The notes under the pieces were generated by a model. That model worked only from the letters and a program-made list of their open reading frames with translations. It searched no databases and was not told where the DNA came from. The translations under genes and the position numbers were made by a program. From an uncultured Candidatus Saccharibacteria bacterium (lineage in GTDB: Bacteria; Patescibacteriota; Saccharimonadia; Saccharimonadales; Saccharimonadaceae), in the NCBI GenBank assembly GCA_963551825.1, contig CAUVHJ010000001.1, positions 25,833-89,832 of the forward strand: 64,000 bases of DNA, given 5' to 3'. Of the stretch, positions 37,446 to 47,275 are shown in pieces. Numbering within the stretch: the stretch's first letter is position 1; each line of letters opens with the position of its first letter.

Positions 37446-37994
37446 ATGAGTAAAATCATGACGACATCGCAAAGCATTATCCTCTCCGGTCGTTATGACC
37501 GGGAGGGATGCCGTACCCGGGTAGTGATACCCGGGTACAAGCTCGGTCAGTGCGTGAACATAACGCACTGGCGGGGCGGAGATAGGGAGTGCCTGGAGAA
37601 GGCTCTCCCTGGTCACCCCCATCTCGTCGACCTGGTCGACGGGATTGTCGGACAGCCTGGGCTGTCCGAAGGGGTTAAGGTTGGGAATACTCCCGACCTT
37701 AGGCCTGAACTGCGCCTGGCCGCATATGACCAGACGCAGTTCGTCGTAGAGATGAAGTACCTCATCTCTGCGATCTACGAGCATTCTCGCCATTTGGCGA
37801 GAATGCTTGATCGGTTTTACCCGTTATGGGTTAAACCAAGAGAGGAAGATGTTTCCACCGACCTGGCTACCATAATGGTGGCTGAGGTTGGGTGCAAGGG
37901 GGACCGCCCTATTTGGGTGACCATTCCTTGTAGTTGGGAGGATATGTCTCCCAACGGAAGAGGGCTGGTGACGCCTGCCGGCGTTGCTGGGTAA
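37446..37994 (+). CDS. Hypothetical protein, GC-rich orphan
   Basis: An SD (AAGGAGGG) lies 7 nt before ATG 37446 (ATG 37440 is in the same frame). The ORF is followed by the terminator at 38020. G+C is locally high: 40/60 at 37561..37620, against 30/60 at 17221..17280 in alaS. I recognised no family. Confidence 0.55.
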   Translation: MSKIMTTSQSIILSGRYDREGCRTRVVIPGYKLGQCVNITHWRGGDRECLEKALPGHPHLVDLVDGIVGQPGLSEGVKVGNTPDLRPELRLAAYDQTQFVVEMKYLISAIYEHSRHLARMLDRFYPLWVKPREEDVSTDLATIMVAEVGCKGDRPIWVTIPCSWEDMSPNGRGLVTPAGVAG

Positions 37995-38019
37995 TCCCTG
38001 CTCTACTCTTCCTCTCCTC

Positions 38020-38053
38020 GCCCCTTGCTTCCGAGCAAGGGGCATTTTCTTTT
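38020..38053 (+). terminator. Rho-independent terminator (copy 2 of the identical 35-nt block)
   Basis: It has the same hairpin and T-tract as 35755..35788. Confidence 0.65.
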
Positions 38054-38186
38054 TATCATGTTATCTTTACGTTAGAACTGCTAAAAGTAATATGTCAGGG
38101 TAGCTCGGCAGCCTTATTTATGAGCTAACAGTCACTAGGACTGACTAGTGACAAATCAGGTAAAATATGCTAGGATACCCGAGATA

Positions 38187-40997
38187 ATGACAGAGGTGAT
38201 ACGTATCCAGGGTGCTAGAGTCCACAACCTGAAGGACATCAGTGTGGATATTCCTCGTGATCGGCTAGTGGTGATCACCGGACTGTCGGGCTCGGGCAAG
38301 TCCTCGCTAGCCTTCGACACTCTCTACGCCGAGGGGCAGCGACGTTACGTCGAGTCGCTATCGTCTTATGCCCGGATGTTCCTGGGTCAGATGGAGAAGC
38401 CTGATGTGGATAAGATTGACGGGCTTAGTCCGGCGATCTCGATTGATCAGAAATCAACTAGCCGTAACCCTCGCTCGACGGTGGCAACCGTGACCGAGAT
38501 ATATGACTATCTGCGCTTGCTCTTTGCCCGACTGGGTACCCCGCATTGTCCGATCTGCGGCAAGGAGGTGCGCAAGCGGACTCCTCAAGCGATCATTAAC
38601 GAGATCATGCAGCTGAAGGATCGACGGGTCTACATCTGCGCACCGATCGCCAAGCAGAAGAAGGGTGAGTTTGCTCATGTGCCGGAGCAGTATATGGCCC
38701 GAGGCTATGCTCGGGCTCGAGTAGATGGTATCGTCTATGCTCTAGACGAGTGGCCGGATATCGACAAGAAGTTCAAGCACGATATTGAGCTGGTAGTTGA
38801 TCGTCTGGTCATCACCGAGCAAGATCTATCCAGGATATCTGGTAGTGTCGAGCAGGCCCTGACTATCGGTGGCGGAGTAGTCGAGGTGATTGATGCCGAT
38901 AGCAGCGAACTGATGACTTATTCAGAACGCTATGCCTGTCCTGATCACCCTGACGAGCCGATTCCCGAGCTGGAGCCGAGACTTTTCTCCTTTAACTCAC
39001 CCTTCGGGGCTTGCCCAACTTGCTCGGGACTGGGCAGTCGAATGGTGGTTGATCCGGAATTGGTGCTGAACGATCACCTGACTATCATGGAGGGCGCCAT
39101 CCGACCGTTCAACCGGATTAACGTCGAAGCCTGGTGGATGAAGAAGCTGGCTAGTGTGGCGAAGGTGCACGGCTTTGACCTGCGTACTCCGGTCGGTGAA
39201 CTGGATGTTCAGACTCGCCGACTTCTACTGTATGGCACAGGCGACCAAGTCTATCCAGTCAAACTAGGTAGACGGACGGTTCAGACGACTTATGAGGGAG
39301 TGATCCCTAATCTAGAACGCCGCTGGCGAGAGACTGATAGTGATTTCATGCGGCGGAATATCGAGCGATTTATGCGAGAGCGAGAGTGTATGGACTGCCA
39401 CGGTGCTCGGCTCAAGCCTGTAGTGCAGGCGATCACAGTACACGACCTATCAATCGTCGATATCTGTAACCTGTCGATTGACGACGCCCGTGATATCTTC
39501 AATAAGATTGACTGGACGGAGCGAGAGAAGCTGATCGGTAAGCAGATTTTTAAGGAGATCAACTCTCGTCTGGACTTCTTAAGAGATGTCGGACTGAATT
39601 ACCTGGAGCTAGGACGCTCGGCTAATACACTATCGGGTGGTGAAGCGCAGCGAATCCGCCTGGCAACGCAGATCGGCAGCGGACTGAGAGGCGTGCTCTA
39701 TGTCTTGGATGAGCCTAGTATTGGCTTGCACCAACGAGATAACGACCGATTGATTGCCACTCTAAAGCACCTACGTGACCTTGGCAATACGGTGGTGGTG
39801 GTGGAGCACGATGAGGATACGATTCGCTCAGCCGACTATCTGATAGATGTTGGACCGGGTGCCGGGGTACATGGTGGTGAGATTGTAGCGGCCGGCACAC
39901 CTGCTGAGGTGGCAGCTAGCCCCGATTCACTTACCGGTCGTTTTCTCTGTGGCGAGGAAAAGATTGCCGTGCCGGCTAAGCGTCGACCGGTTGACAAGAG
40001 CCGTCTGCTGACGGTAGTAGGGGCCAGAGAGCATAATCTAAAGAATATCGATGTGTCTTTTCCGCTGGGGCTTCTGACAGTAGTGTCAGGAGTGTCGGGC
40101 TCGGGTAAATCGACCCTGATTAACGATATCTTAGGCCAAGAACTGCTGGCTAGGCTAAACCGAGCTCAGGCAGTGTCAGGAGCGCACCAGCGAATTGATG
40201 GCATAGAACAGCTAGACAAGGTGATCGTGATCGACCAGAGTCCGATTGGTCGGACACCAAGGTCAAACGCCGCTACTTATACCGGTGTCTTCACTCATAT
40301 CCGAGACTTATTTGCGGCAACACCTGAGGCAAACGTCAGAGGCTACAAGGCAGGGCGGTTTAGCTTTAATGTTAAGGGTGGGCGCTGCGAGCACTGTCAG
40401 GGTGACGGTGTGATCAAGGTGGAGATGCATTTTCTACCCGATGTTTATGTTACCTGCGATGAATGCCACGGTGCTAGGTACAATCAGGAAGCGTTGGAGA
40501 TTAAATGGCATGACAAGAATATTAGCCAGGTACTCCAGATGACTGTCGATGAAGCGGTGCAATTCTTTGACTCTATTCCGAAGATAGCAAACAAGCTGAA
40601 GACATTGCAGGAGGTGGGATTAGGCTATATTAAGATTGGACAGCCTGCTACTACACTGTCAGGCGGTGAAGCGCAACGAGTCAAGCTGGCGACCGAGCTA
40701 AGTCGTCGTGCCACCGGTCGGACATTCTATATCTTAGATGAGCCGACTACCGGTCTACACTCGGCGGATGTGCGCTGCTTACTAGGGGTGATGCAACGGC
40801 TGGTTGATACCGGCAACACTATGGTGGTGATCGAGCACAACCTTGACGTGATCAAATCTGCCGATTACATCATCGATATGGGGCCAAATGGTGGCTTGGA
40901 CGGCGGTCGGGTAGTAGCCAGTGGTACGCCTGAAGAGGTGGCGAAGAACCAAGCCAGCTTCACCGGACAGTACCTGAAGAAGATGTTGGCTAAGTAG
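38187..40997 (+). CDS. uvrA: Excinuclease ABC subunit A
   Basis: The start is set at ATG 38187 ([17 protein letters not shown]). There are two ABC modules ([18 protein letters not shown]; two LSGGEAQR signatures) and zinc modules ([19 protein letters not shown]). Confidence 0.92.
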   Translation: MTEVIRIQGARVHNLKDISVDIPRDRLVVITGLSGSGKSSLAFDTLYAEGQRRYVESLSSYARMFLGQMEKPDVDKIDGLSPAISIDQKSTSRNPRSTVATVTEIYDYLRLLFARLGTPHCPICGKEVRKRTPQAIINEIMQLKDRRVYICAPIAKQKKGEFAHVPEQYMARGYARARVDGIVYALDEWPDIDKKFKHDIELVVDRLVITEQDLSRISGSVEQALTIGGGVVEVIDADSSELMTYSERYACPDHPDEPIPELEPRLFSFNSPFGACPTCSGLGSRMVVDPELVLNDHLTIMEGAIRPFNRINVEAWWMKKLASVAKVHGFDLRTPVGELDVQTRRLLLYGTGDQVYPVKLGRRTVQTTYEGVIPNLERRWRETDSDFMRRNIERFMRERECMDCHGARLKPVVQAITVHDLSIVDICNLSIDDARDIFNKIDWTEREKLIGKQIFKEINSRLDFLRDVGLNYLELGRSANTLSGGEAQRIRLATQIGSGLRGVLYVLDEPSIGLHQRDNDRLIATLKHLRDLGNTVVVVEHDEDTIRSADYLIDVGPGAGVHGGEIVAAGTPAEVAASPDSLTGRFLCGEEKIAVPAKRRPVDKSRLLTVVGAREHNLKNIDVSFPLGLLTVVSGVSGSGKSTLINDILGQELLARLNRAQAVSGAHQRIDGIEQLDKVIVIDQSPIGRTPRSNAATYTGVFTHIRDLFAATPEANVRGYKAGRFSFNVKGGRCEHCQGDGVIKVEMHFLPDVYVTCDECHGARYNQEALEIKWHDKNISQVLQMTVDEAVQFFDSIPKIANKLKTLQEVGLGYIKIGQPATTLSGGEAQRVKLATELSRRATGRTFYILDEPTTGLHSADVRCLLGVMQRLVDTGNTMVVIEHNLDVIKSADYIIDMGPNGGLDGGRVVASGTPEEVAKNQASFTGQYLKKMLAK

Positions 40998-41020
40998 GGC
41001 GAGAAGCTTGCCTTGGCAGA

Positions 41021-41974
41021 CTACTTGGCGGAATGCAGGCTATCATATGCTTCAGCTAGGAGTTTGGCGCTATGGTGAAGTTTGCCCTCTTCTTCCTCTG
41101 AGATATAGGGGGCGATGATTTTGATAATGCCGTGCTGACCGATGACGGCAGGTAGAGACAGGTAGACATCTTTTAGCCCATACTGACCGGTCAGCTTGAC
41201 CGACAAGGGCATGATCGACTTTTCATCTCGCAGAATAGCCTCGGCTATTCGGCTAGCACTGGCGGCGATGCCGTAGTAGGTAGCCTTTTTACGATTGATG
41301 ATCTCGTAGGCGGCGTTACGAGTGTCGTTAGCCAGATTGATGTAGTCGTAGTCGCCCATCAGTCCGCCGAAGGCGTCGGATGCCTCGTTGATGTTCATAC
41401 CGGCGATATTGACGTTGCTCCAGGCGACAAACTCGCTGTCGCCGTGTTCGCCTAAGACGTAGGCGTGGATATTGCGGCTATCGATGCCAAACTTCTTGCT
41501 GAGTAAATAGCGCAGGCGAGCGGAGTCTAGGTTAGTGCCGGAGCCGATTACTCGCTCGGCAGGGAAGCCGGTCACTTCCTGAACCACCCGAGTCATCACG
41601 TCGACAGGGTTCGATACTACTAAAACGACAGCTTTGGGAGAGACCTGCTTAACCTGCTTGGCGACGCCGGTGACGATGGCGGCGTTGCGACCGATCAAAT
41701 CCATCCTGGTCTCACCGGGGCGCTGGTTAGTGCCGGCGGTAATGATGACGATATCAGAATCAGCCGATGTTTGGTAATCGCCGGCGTGAATGAGCGACTC
41801 CTTAAAGAAGGGTGAGCCGTGCTCAATATCCATCGCTTCACCCTCGGCTCGATCATTATCGACGTCGACTAAGACGATCTCACTGGCGACCCCCTGTGCC
41901 ACCATGGTGTAGGCGATGGTGCTCCCGACTAAGCCTGCTCCGACGATAGTTGCTTTGATTGCTGTTTGTGCCAT
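41021..41974 (-). CDS. ldh: L-lactate dehydrogenase
   Basis: The Rossmann motif is IVGAGLVGST. Other motifs are ITAGTNQRPGETR and LGEHGDSEFVAWS. Confidence 0.9.
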   Translation of the reverse strand: MAQTAIKATIVGAGLVGSTIAYTMVAQGVASEIVLVDVDNDRAEGEAMDIEHGSPFFKESLIHAGDYQTSADSDIVIITAGTNQRPGETRMDLIGRNAAIVTGVAKQVKQVSPKAVVLVVSNPVDVMTRVVQEVTGFPAERVIGSGTNLDSARLRYLLSKKFGIDSRNIHAYVLGEHGDSEFVAWSNVNIAGMNINEASDAFGGLMGDYDYINLANDTRNAAYEIINRKKATYYGIAASASRIAEAILRDEKSIMPLSVKLTGQYGLKDVYLSLPAVIGQHGIIKIIAPYISEEEEGKLHHSAKLLAEAYDSLHSAK

Positions 41975-42074
41975 TTGCCACCCTTCTCATATTACTTACT
42001 GCTAATATAATAGCACTCTGCTCATGATTTGGGTGGCTAGCGGGAATTATGGTATATTATTGCTAGTTAATCAT

Positions 42075-42150
42075 GGGTCGATAGCTCAGTTGGCAGAGCA
42101 CGGGCCTTTTAAGCCTGGTGTCGTGGGTTCGAGCCCCACTCGACCCACCA
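42075..42150 (+). tRNA. tRNA-Lys (anticodon UUU), CCA encoded
   Basis: The cloverleaf gives acceptor GGGTCGA/TCGACCC, anticodon loop CTTTTAA and T arm GTGGG TTCGAGC CCCAC. Confidence 0.9.
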
Positions 42151-42168
42151 CATCAGAACAAGCCAATC

Positions 42169-42201
42169 AATCGCTCTTTTAGAAGGGCGATTTATATTTT
42201 T
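42169..42201 (+). terminator. Rho-independent terminator after tRNA-Lys(UUU)
   Basis: The stem aatcgctctt/aagggcgatt (one G-T pair) closes the loop ttag and is followed by tatattttt. Confidence 0.5.
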
Positions 42202-42294
42202 AGCCGGATGCGGCTGACTGAACTAACTATAGCTTCTGTGAGTCATCGATTATGACTCTGACCGCCCTAAGCTCATTATGACATAATATGTTTA

Positions 42295-43755
42295 GTGGGC
42301 TACTTGAAAGAGAAGACGCATGTCTCATGGGTGATTACGGCGATTTGCCTGGGTTTCTTGACTGGCGTAGCGGTAGTACGGTGGTTTCCGAGGATAGATA
42401 AATATGGCTTGTGGTTGCTCGGCTTTGGGATAGTGCTTAGCCTGGTCTCGCTGATTAGTCGCTGGCGACTGATGGTTGTCGTGGCGGTATTGGGCGGTTT
42501 AGTCTTGGGAATAGTCAGGTCAAGCGGGCTACCGGCTAGCATTGATCGCTATAGTGACCTGGTTGGTGATGAAGTGATAGTGCAGGGTACAGTAGCTGAT
42601 GACCCGGCGATGAGCAAAGGGTTGACGACGATCAACCTTGATCAGCCGATATTAACTTTAGGTAGACGTCGGTATGACCTGGGCGGGCGAATCTGGGCAT
42701 CAATCAAGGGTGGGCAGTCGGCTAAGTTGCTTCGCTACGACCGGGTTAAGCTAAGCGGTACGTTGGACAGCGGTTTCGGGTCTTATGTAGCGACCCTGCC
42801 CGGGGCGAGGCTGGTTGAGGTGGCTCGTCCAGCCGGAGCTGATCCGATGGGGCGGATACGGGAGCACTTTGCCGATGGTCTAAAGAAGGTCATGAGCCGG
42901 GAGAATGCAGATCTGGGTATGGGCATCTTGACCGGTCAGAAAGCCAACCTAAACGAGCGAATCAAAAACGCCTTTATGCTGGCGTCACTGACTCACGTAC
43001 TGGTAGCTAGTGGCTACAATCTGACGGTGTTGGTTCGTTTCGCTCGACGTCTGCTAGCGAAGAGATCTCGCTTAGTAGCGGTCATTCTATCGGTCACTCT
43101 GGTGCTGCTATTCACCCAACTGACCGGCCCGTCAGCCAGTATGGATCGAGCGGTACTGGTGTCGATATATAGCTTGCTTCTCTGGTATGTCGGTCGCAAA
43201 TCTCACCCGGTGACTTTACTAGCTGTCGTGGCGACTGTGACGATCATGCTTGACCCTAGCCAGCTGTGGGGTGATGTCAGCTGGTATCTATCTTTCGGCT
43301 CGTTCGCCGGGGTGATCATCCTGGCACCCTTGCTTCATGACCTGATCAAGGCTAAGTGGAGCTTGGTACAGATCCTGCTGGAAACGGTCAGTGCCCAGCT
43401 AGTTACTTGGCCGATTATAGCCGTGGCGATGGGTAAGATTTCACTCGTTGGTCTGGTGACTAATTTGCTGGTATTGCCGATGTTGCCTTTGGCTATGCTA
43501 GCTACTTTTGTGGCTGGGCTAAGTACTTTTCTTTTGCCGCTGGCTGGAGCTAACGTTATTGCCCTACCGGCTAACGCTCTGCTGGATTGGGTGAAGGCAG
43601 TGGCTAGCTGGGGTTCTACTCTCCCCGGAGCAGGTTTGGAGTATCGGCTAGAGCTGAGGATGGCGGGTGTATATTATCTGGCAATAGTAGCCGTCATCTT
43701 AGCGCTTAAACGCTTGACCAAGCACAATTTCTACGGTGATAATGTGATAGAATGA
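42295..43755 (+). CDS. comEC: ComEC/Rec2-family DNA uptake channel protein (no metallo-beta-lactamase domain)
   Basis: The product is polytopic, with an N-terminal OB-like insert and the core segment LTHVLVASGYNLTVL. Its 486 aa end right after the membrane domain. Confidence 0.75.
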   Translation: MGYLKEKTHVSWVITAICLGFLTGVAVVRWFPRIDKYGLWLLGFGIVLSLVSLISRWRLMVVVAVLGGLVLGIVRSSGLPASIDRYSDLVGDEVIVQGTVADDPAMSKGLTTINLDQPILTLGRRRYDLGGRIWASIKGGQSAKLLRYDRVKLSGTLDSGFGSYVATLPGARLVEVARPAGADPMGRIREHFADGLKKVMSRENADLGMGILTGQKANLNERIKNAFMLASLTHVLVASGYNLTVLVRFARRLLAKRSRLVAVILSVTLVLLFTQLTGPSASMDRAVLVSIYSLLLWYVGRKSHPVTLLAVVATVTIMLDPSQLWGDVSWYLSFGSFAGVIILAPLLHDLIKAKWSLVQILLETVSAQLVTWPIIAVAMGKISLVGLVTNLLVLPMLPLAMLATFVAGLSTFLLPLAGANVIALPANALLDWVKAVASWGSTLPGAGLEYRLELRMAGVYYLAIVAVILALKRLTKHNFYGDNVIE

Positions 43756-43767
43756 GGCGAGTTAGAT

Positions 43768-45036
43768 ATGATGTGGTTAGTGAGCCTGATTGGCAAGTGT
43801 TTGGTCTTTCTATCTCGGCACCTGGGCGGCGGTCATGGCTCGGCTTTGCCGGGGCTAGTGGTCGAGAAGCTGTCACCCCACTTTCTCGGGCGATTACTCG
43901 CTAAGCTACCGGAGGGTGTAGTGCTGGTCAGTGGGACTAACGGCAAGACTACTACCACCAAGATCGTTGCCGACCTCCTGAGAGCGGATGGCTACCGGGT
44001 ATTTACGAACCCCAGTGGGAGCAACTTTGCTCGAGGGGTCATCTCGGCGGCTTTGCCGGTCATGCATCGTGGACGATTGGAGGCTGACATCGCAGTGCTG
44101 GAGCTGGACGAAGCTCATGCGACCCACTTCGTAGCGCAGGTTAAACCACGCTACAGCCTGCTGCTCAATGTACTGAGAGATCAGCTTGACCGCTTCGGTG
44201 AGATTGACCAGACAGCTCGGCTGCTCTCGTATGTAGCTGAACAGACTACCGATGTGGTGGTGCTAAATGCTGATGATCCACGGCTAAGTCGGCTGGGTCA
44301 GAGTGATCAGCTAACGGCTCGACCGGCGTGGTTTGGCGCTAGCGGCGAGGCGAGCCGATTGTACCGTACGGACGAAGAGCTGCATACTAGTCAGCGAGCC
44401 AAACGCTCTAAAGGTGCTACTGAGGACGTATTAACTCTGGATAGACTAACCGGTCATCGGGCGCAGTACCTGATCGATGGCAAACGGTATACGACCGAGC
44501 TGCGACTCTTCGGTATCTACAATGCCCTTAACTGTGGAGCAGCCTTGAGTTTGGTGCAAGCGGTCAAGCAGGACCGATTTGATCCACGGCGAGCAGTCAA
44601 GACATTAGCTAAGATTAAACCGGCGTTTGGACGAGGTGAAGAGCTTAGTCTAGCTAATGGGACTGTCCGATTAATCCTAGTCAAAAACCCGAGTGGCTTC
44701 CAATTGAGCCTCGATTCAGCTGAGGTGCAGCCGACTTTGATCGCTATTAACGACCAGTATGCCGATGGCAGAGACGTCTCCTGGCTATGGGACGTAAAGA
44801 TTGACTCACTGAGGCAAGATGAAGTGAGTGTGACAGGCATCCGGGCGTACGATATGGCGCTTCGGTTAGAGTATGATCAAGTGGTGCCCAGGTCAGTCGA
44901 GCCGGATATTGTCGTGGCGACTGAGTCCTTTCTTGATCGACTAGAGGGTGACGGACAGATCTTTGCTACTTATACGGCGATGTTAAAGATCAGACAGCTA
45001 CTCCTAGCTAGGCAGAGCCGGGAGGAAAAACGATGA
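43768..45036 (+). CDS. murT: Lipid II isoglutaminyl synthase, Mur-ligase-like subunit MurT
   Basis: Motifs are SGTNGKTTT, LRDQLDRFGEID and the C-terminal DUF1727-like ADGRDVSWLWD. The gene overlaps gatD by 4 nt. Confidence 0.8.
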   Translation: MMWLVSLIGKCLVFLSRHLGGGHGSALPGLVVEKLSPHFLGRLLAKLPEGVVLVSGTNGKTTTTKIVADLLRADGYRVFTNPSGSNFARGVISAALPVMHRGRLEADIAVLELDEAHATHFVAQVKPRYSLLLNVLRDQLDRFGEIDQTARLLSYVAEQTTDVVVLNADDPRLSRLGQSDQLTARPAWFGASGEASRLYRTDEELHTSQRAKRSKGATEDVLTLDRLTGHRAQYLIDGKRYTTELRLFGIYNALNCGAALSLVQAVKQDRFDPRRAVKTLAKIKPAFGRGEELSLANGTVRLILVKNPSGFQLSLDSAEVQPTLIAINDQYADGRDVSWLWDVKIDSLRQDEVSVTGIRAYDMALRLEYDQVVPRSVEPDIVVATESFLDRLEGDGQIFATYTAMLKIRQLLLARQSREEKR

Positions 45037-45794
45037 AACGACGCCAGCTTAATATCGTCCAGCTGTACCCCGAGCAGATGAATCTTTACGGTGACTACGG
45101 CAATGCCCAGATCATCTGTCGGCGAGCTGAGCTGTATGGTTATCAGGCAAAGCTGACTAGTTACAATTCGGCGCCGGATATGGCTAAACTGGTGAAGGCT
45201 GACCTGATCTTGGGCGGCGGCGGACAGGATTCGGGGCAGAGGGCAATCCTGAGCGACCTGGTGAAGTTAAAGTCTGAGCTACCGGGTATGATAGAGGCCG
45301 GCGTGCCGATGTTGGTTATCTGCGGGCTGTACCAGCTGATGGGTCATTATTTCCAGACCGGCGATGGCGATCGGCTGACGGGGCTGGGTATCTTTGATGC
45401 TGTCACGGTGGCGGGGCAGAAGCGATTGATTGGTAACGCGGTAGTCGATGCCGGCGATGAGCTGGGCGTACTGGTCGGTTATGAAAATCACAGCGGTCGA
45501 ACTGATCTTGGTAAGGAGCAGGCTCCGCTAGGGCGAGTAATCAAGGGCTGGGGCAACGATGGTGCCGGTAGGCTTGAGGGGGCGATCAGGCAGGCGGCGA
45601 TAGGCACGTATCTACATGGTCCGGTACTAGCCAAGAGCCCTCATCTGGCTGATTGGTTGCTGGCTAGAGCGAGCTACCGGCGCTACGGCGAGGCGAAGCT
45701 TGAGCCGGCTGACGGTCATGCCGAGAAGGAGCTGGCTCGTCTGGAGCAACTGTCAGAGCGAGCCCGTCAGATCGCCTTGACCAGACCGCAGTAA
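45033..45794 (+). CDS. gatD: Lipid II isoglutaminyl synthase, glutaminase subunit GatD
   Basis: Motifs are LNIVQLYPEQMNLYGDYGN, the nucleophile elbow ICGLYQL, GYENHSGRT and TYLHGP. Confidence 0.8.
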   Translation: MKRRQLNIVQLYPEQMNLYGDYGNAQIICRRAELYGYQAKLTSYNSAPDMAKLVKADLILGGGGQDSGQRAILSDLVKLKSELPGMIEAGVPMLVICGLYQLMGHYFQTGDGDRLTGLGIFDAVTVAGQKRLIGNAVVDAGDELGVLVGYENHSGRTDLGKEQAPLGRVIKGWGNDGAGRLEGAIRQAAIGTYLHGPVLAKSPHLADWLLARASYRRYGEAKLEPADGHAEKELARLEQLSERARQIALTRPQ

Positions 45795-45802
45795 GCCTAT
45801 GT

Positions 45803-47254
45803 CTAGTTGTGCACCCAGACAGGCGTGCCGATTGATGCCCAGTCGTAGACTCGTTTGGCATCACCGATAAACATGTTGACACAGCCGTGTGAGATGCCTT
45901 GACGGACGTTGCCATTGACGTAGTTCATCCACCAGGCTTCGTGGAAAGCGTAGCCGGACGATTGCCAGAAAGTGATGTAGTGGATGTTGCAGAGAGGCTC
46001 TTTGGCCGGCGGATTGGGCATGCACTGCTGATATACTTTGTACCAGACTCTAAACAAGCCGGTGATAGTCGGAGTAGAGGGCTTACCCTGAGAGGTCTGA
46101 TTTGTCGACCAGACTATGCCATTGCCGGCCCATAGGCGCACTTCATAGGTCGATCGATTGTATTCGATCCAGTGACCGTCTGCTGCTATGTAGGCGTCGG
46201 TCTGGAAGGGCGAATCCTTGGTGGTCATCTCGATTCGTTTACCGGAGCCATCCTTGAGGCCGGCGATGACTTGGTTAGCGATATCGTCGACATTGCTGGC
46301 GGTCTGACCGTTGCGCCCCGGGCGGATTACCTGTAGTACCTGCTTGTTACCATCGGTGATGGCTAGCTGGTTGACCGGTTTATCACTCAGCTCACCGGCA
46401 ACCGTCTCGGTGATGAACTTGGTAATCTTATCTTTATCAAAGGCGATGTCATAGTTTGATGTCGTATGGTTGGGCTGGAACGATGTCCAGTCGGCGATCG
46501 TCCAGGGGTCGATCGTCCAGAGAGTTCGGTCACCGTTAAAAATCTGGATTGATTGGCTGAGCGACTGATTGATCTTATTAGCGGTCTCCTCGGCTGATTT
46601 GTCGCTGATAGTAGGATGGTCATTGACAGTAGTAATCTGATAACTGGTGATCTGGGGTGCCTTGAGGAGTTTTTCGACTTGACGGTATAGGTCAAGCAGC
46701 CGGACTGACTTGCCGACAGTACCGGGCTGAACTCGGTAGCGGTTCTGATCCTTATCGTAGACTAGCTGGGCATCCTTAGGGTCAGTGGTTAACTCGGGGA
46801 AATTAGTATCGACGAAGTGCTTAACCTTCGTTTTATCGTACGAGCCGGCCAGGTCGAAATGCTGATTGTTAAATAAGATGCCTAGTGGATTGTCTCGTCC
46901 GGTCCGGGCGGCTCTCTCAGCGAGCTGTTCGGTCTTGATATCGACTCCCAGGTCTTTGGCGCTAGCGGTGGCAGACTTACCGTCATACTTGAGGCTGAGG
47001 CGGATATTCTTAGTCAAGTTATGGATGATAGCAGTGATCTGCTCTTTAGTGCGCCCGCCAACCTTGACGTTAGCGATAGTGACGCCGGGAGCCGCCTTGT
47101 CCCGGTAGAAAGTCAGAGAGAAGACGACCGAGCCTAGGCAGAAGATCAGAATGATGCCGAGGATAACACTCAGGACAAGGTGGCGCCGCAACCAACCGGA
47201 CAACCCGGTCATTTTTAGCTTGGCTATTCTGGCTTTATTTTTTAGCTTATCCAC
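45803..47254 (-). CDS. L,D-transpeptidase (YkuD domain) with an N-terminal TM anchor and a large pre-domain
   Basis: The TM helix is LVLSVILGIILIFCLGSVVFSL. The C-terminal YkuD catalytic motif is GISHGCVNM. Confidence 0.8.
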   Translation of the reverse strand: MDKLKNKARIAKLKMTGLSGWLRRHLVLSVILGIILIFCLGSVVFSLTFYRDKAAPGVTIANVKVGGRTKEQITAIIHNLTKNIRLSLKYDGKSATASAKDLGVDIKTEQLAERAARTGRDNPLGILFNNQHFDLAGSYDKTKVKHFVDTNFPELTTDPKDAQLVYDKDQNRYRVQPGTVGKSVRLLDLYRQVEKLLKAPQITSYQITTVNDHPTISDKSAEETANKINQSLSQSIQIFNGDRTLWTIDPWTIADWTSFQPNHTTSNYDIAFDKDKITKFITETVAGELSDKPVNQLAITDGNKQVLQVIRPGRNGQTASNVDDIANQVIAGLKDGSGKRIEMTTKDSPFQTDAYIAADGHWIEYNRSTYEVRLWAGNGIVWSTNQTSQGKPSTPTITGLFRVWYKVYQQCMPNPPAKEPLCNIHYITFWQSSGYAFHEAWWMNYVNGNVRQGISHGCVNMFIGDAKRVYDWASIGTPVWVHN

Positions 47255-47275
47255 CTTGATCCTTAAAATAATTAT

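Noticed and set aside
37341-37793. The minus-strand 150-aa ORF in the GC-rich segment. I also considered whether 37230..38000 is a group II intron, retron ncRNA, RNase P RNA or tmRNA.
   Set aside because: The plus-strand ORF has the SD, a 5' hairpin and a terminator, while the minus ORF has none. I found no GUGYG 5' end, domain V-like hairpin, RT gene, GGAAAGUCC-type P4 motif or tRNA-like 3' end.
38148-38186. GTG 38148 as the uvrA start.
   Set aside because: It lies inside the inverted repeat and upstream of the TAAAAT -10 box. UvrA homology begins at [15 protein letters not shown] (ATG 38187).
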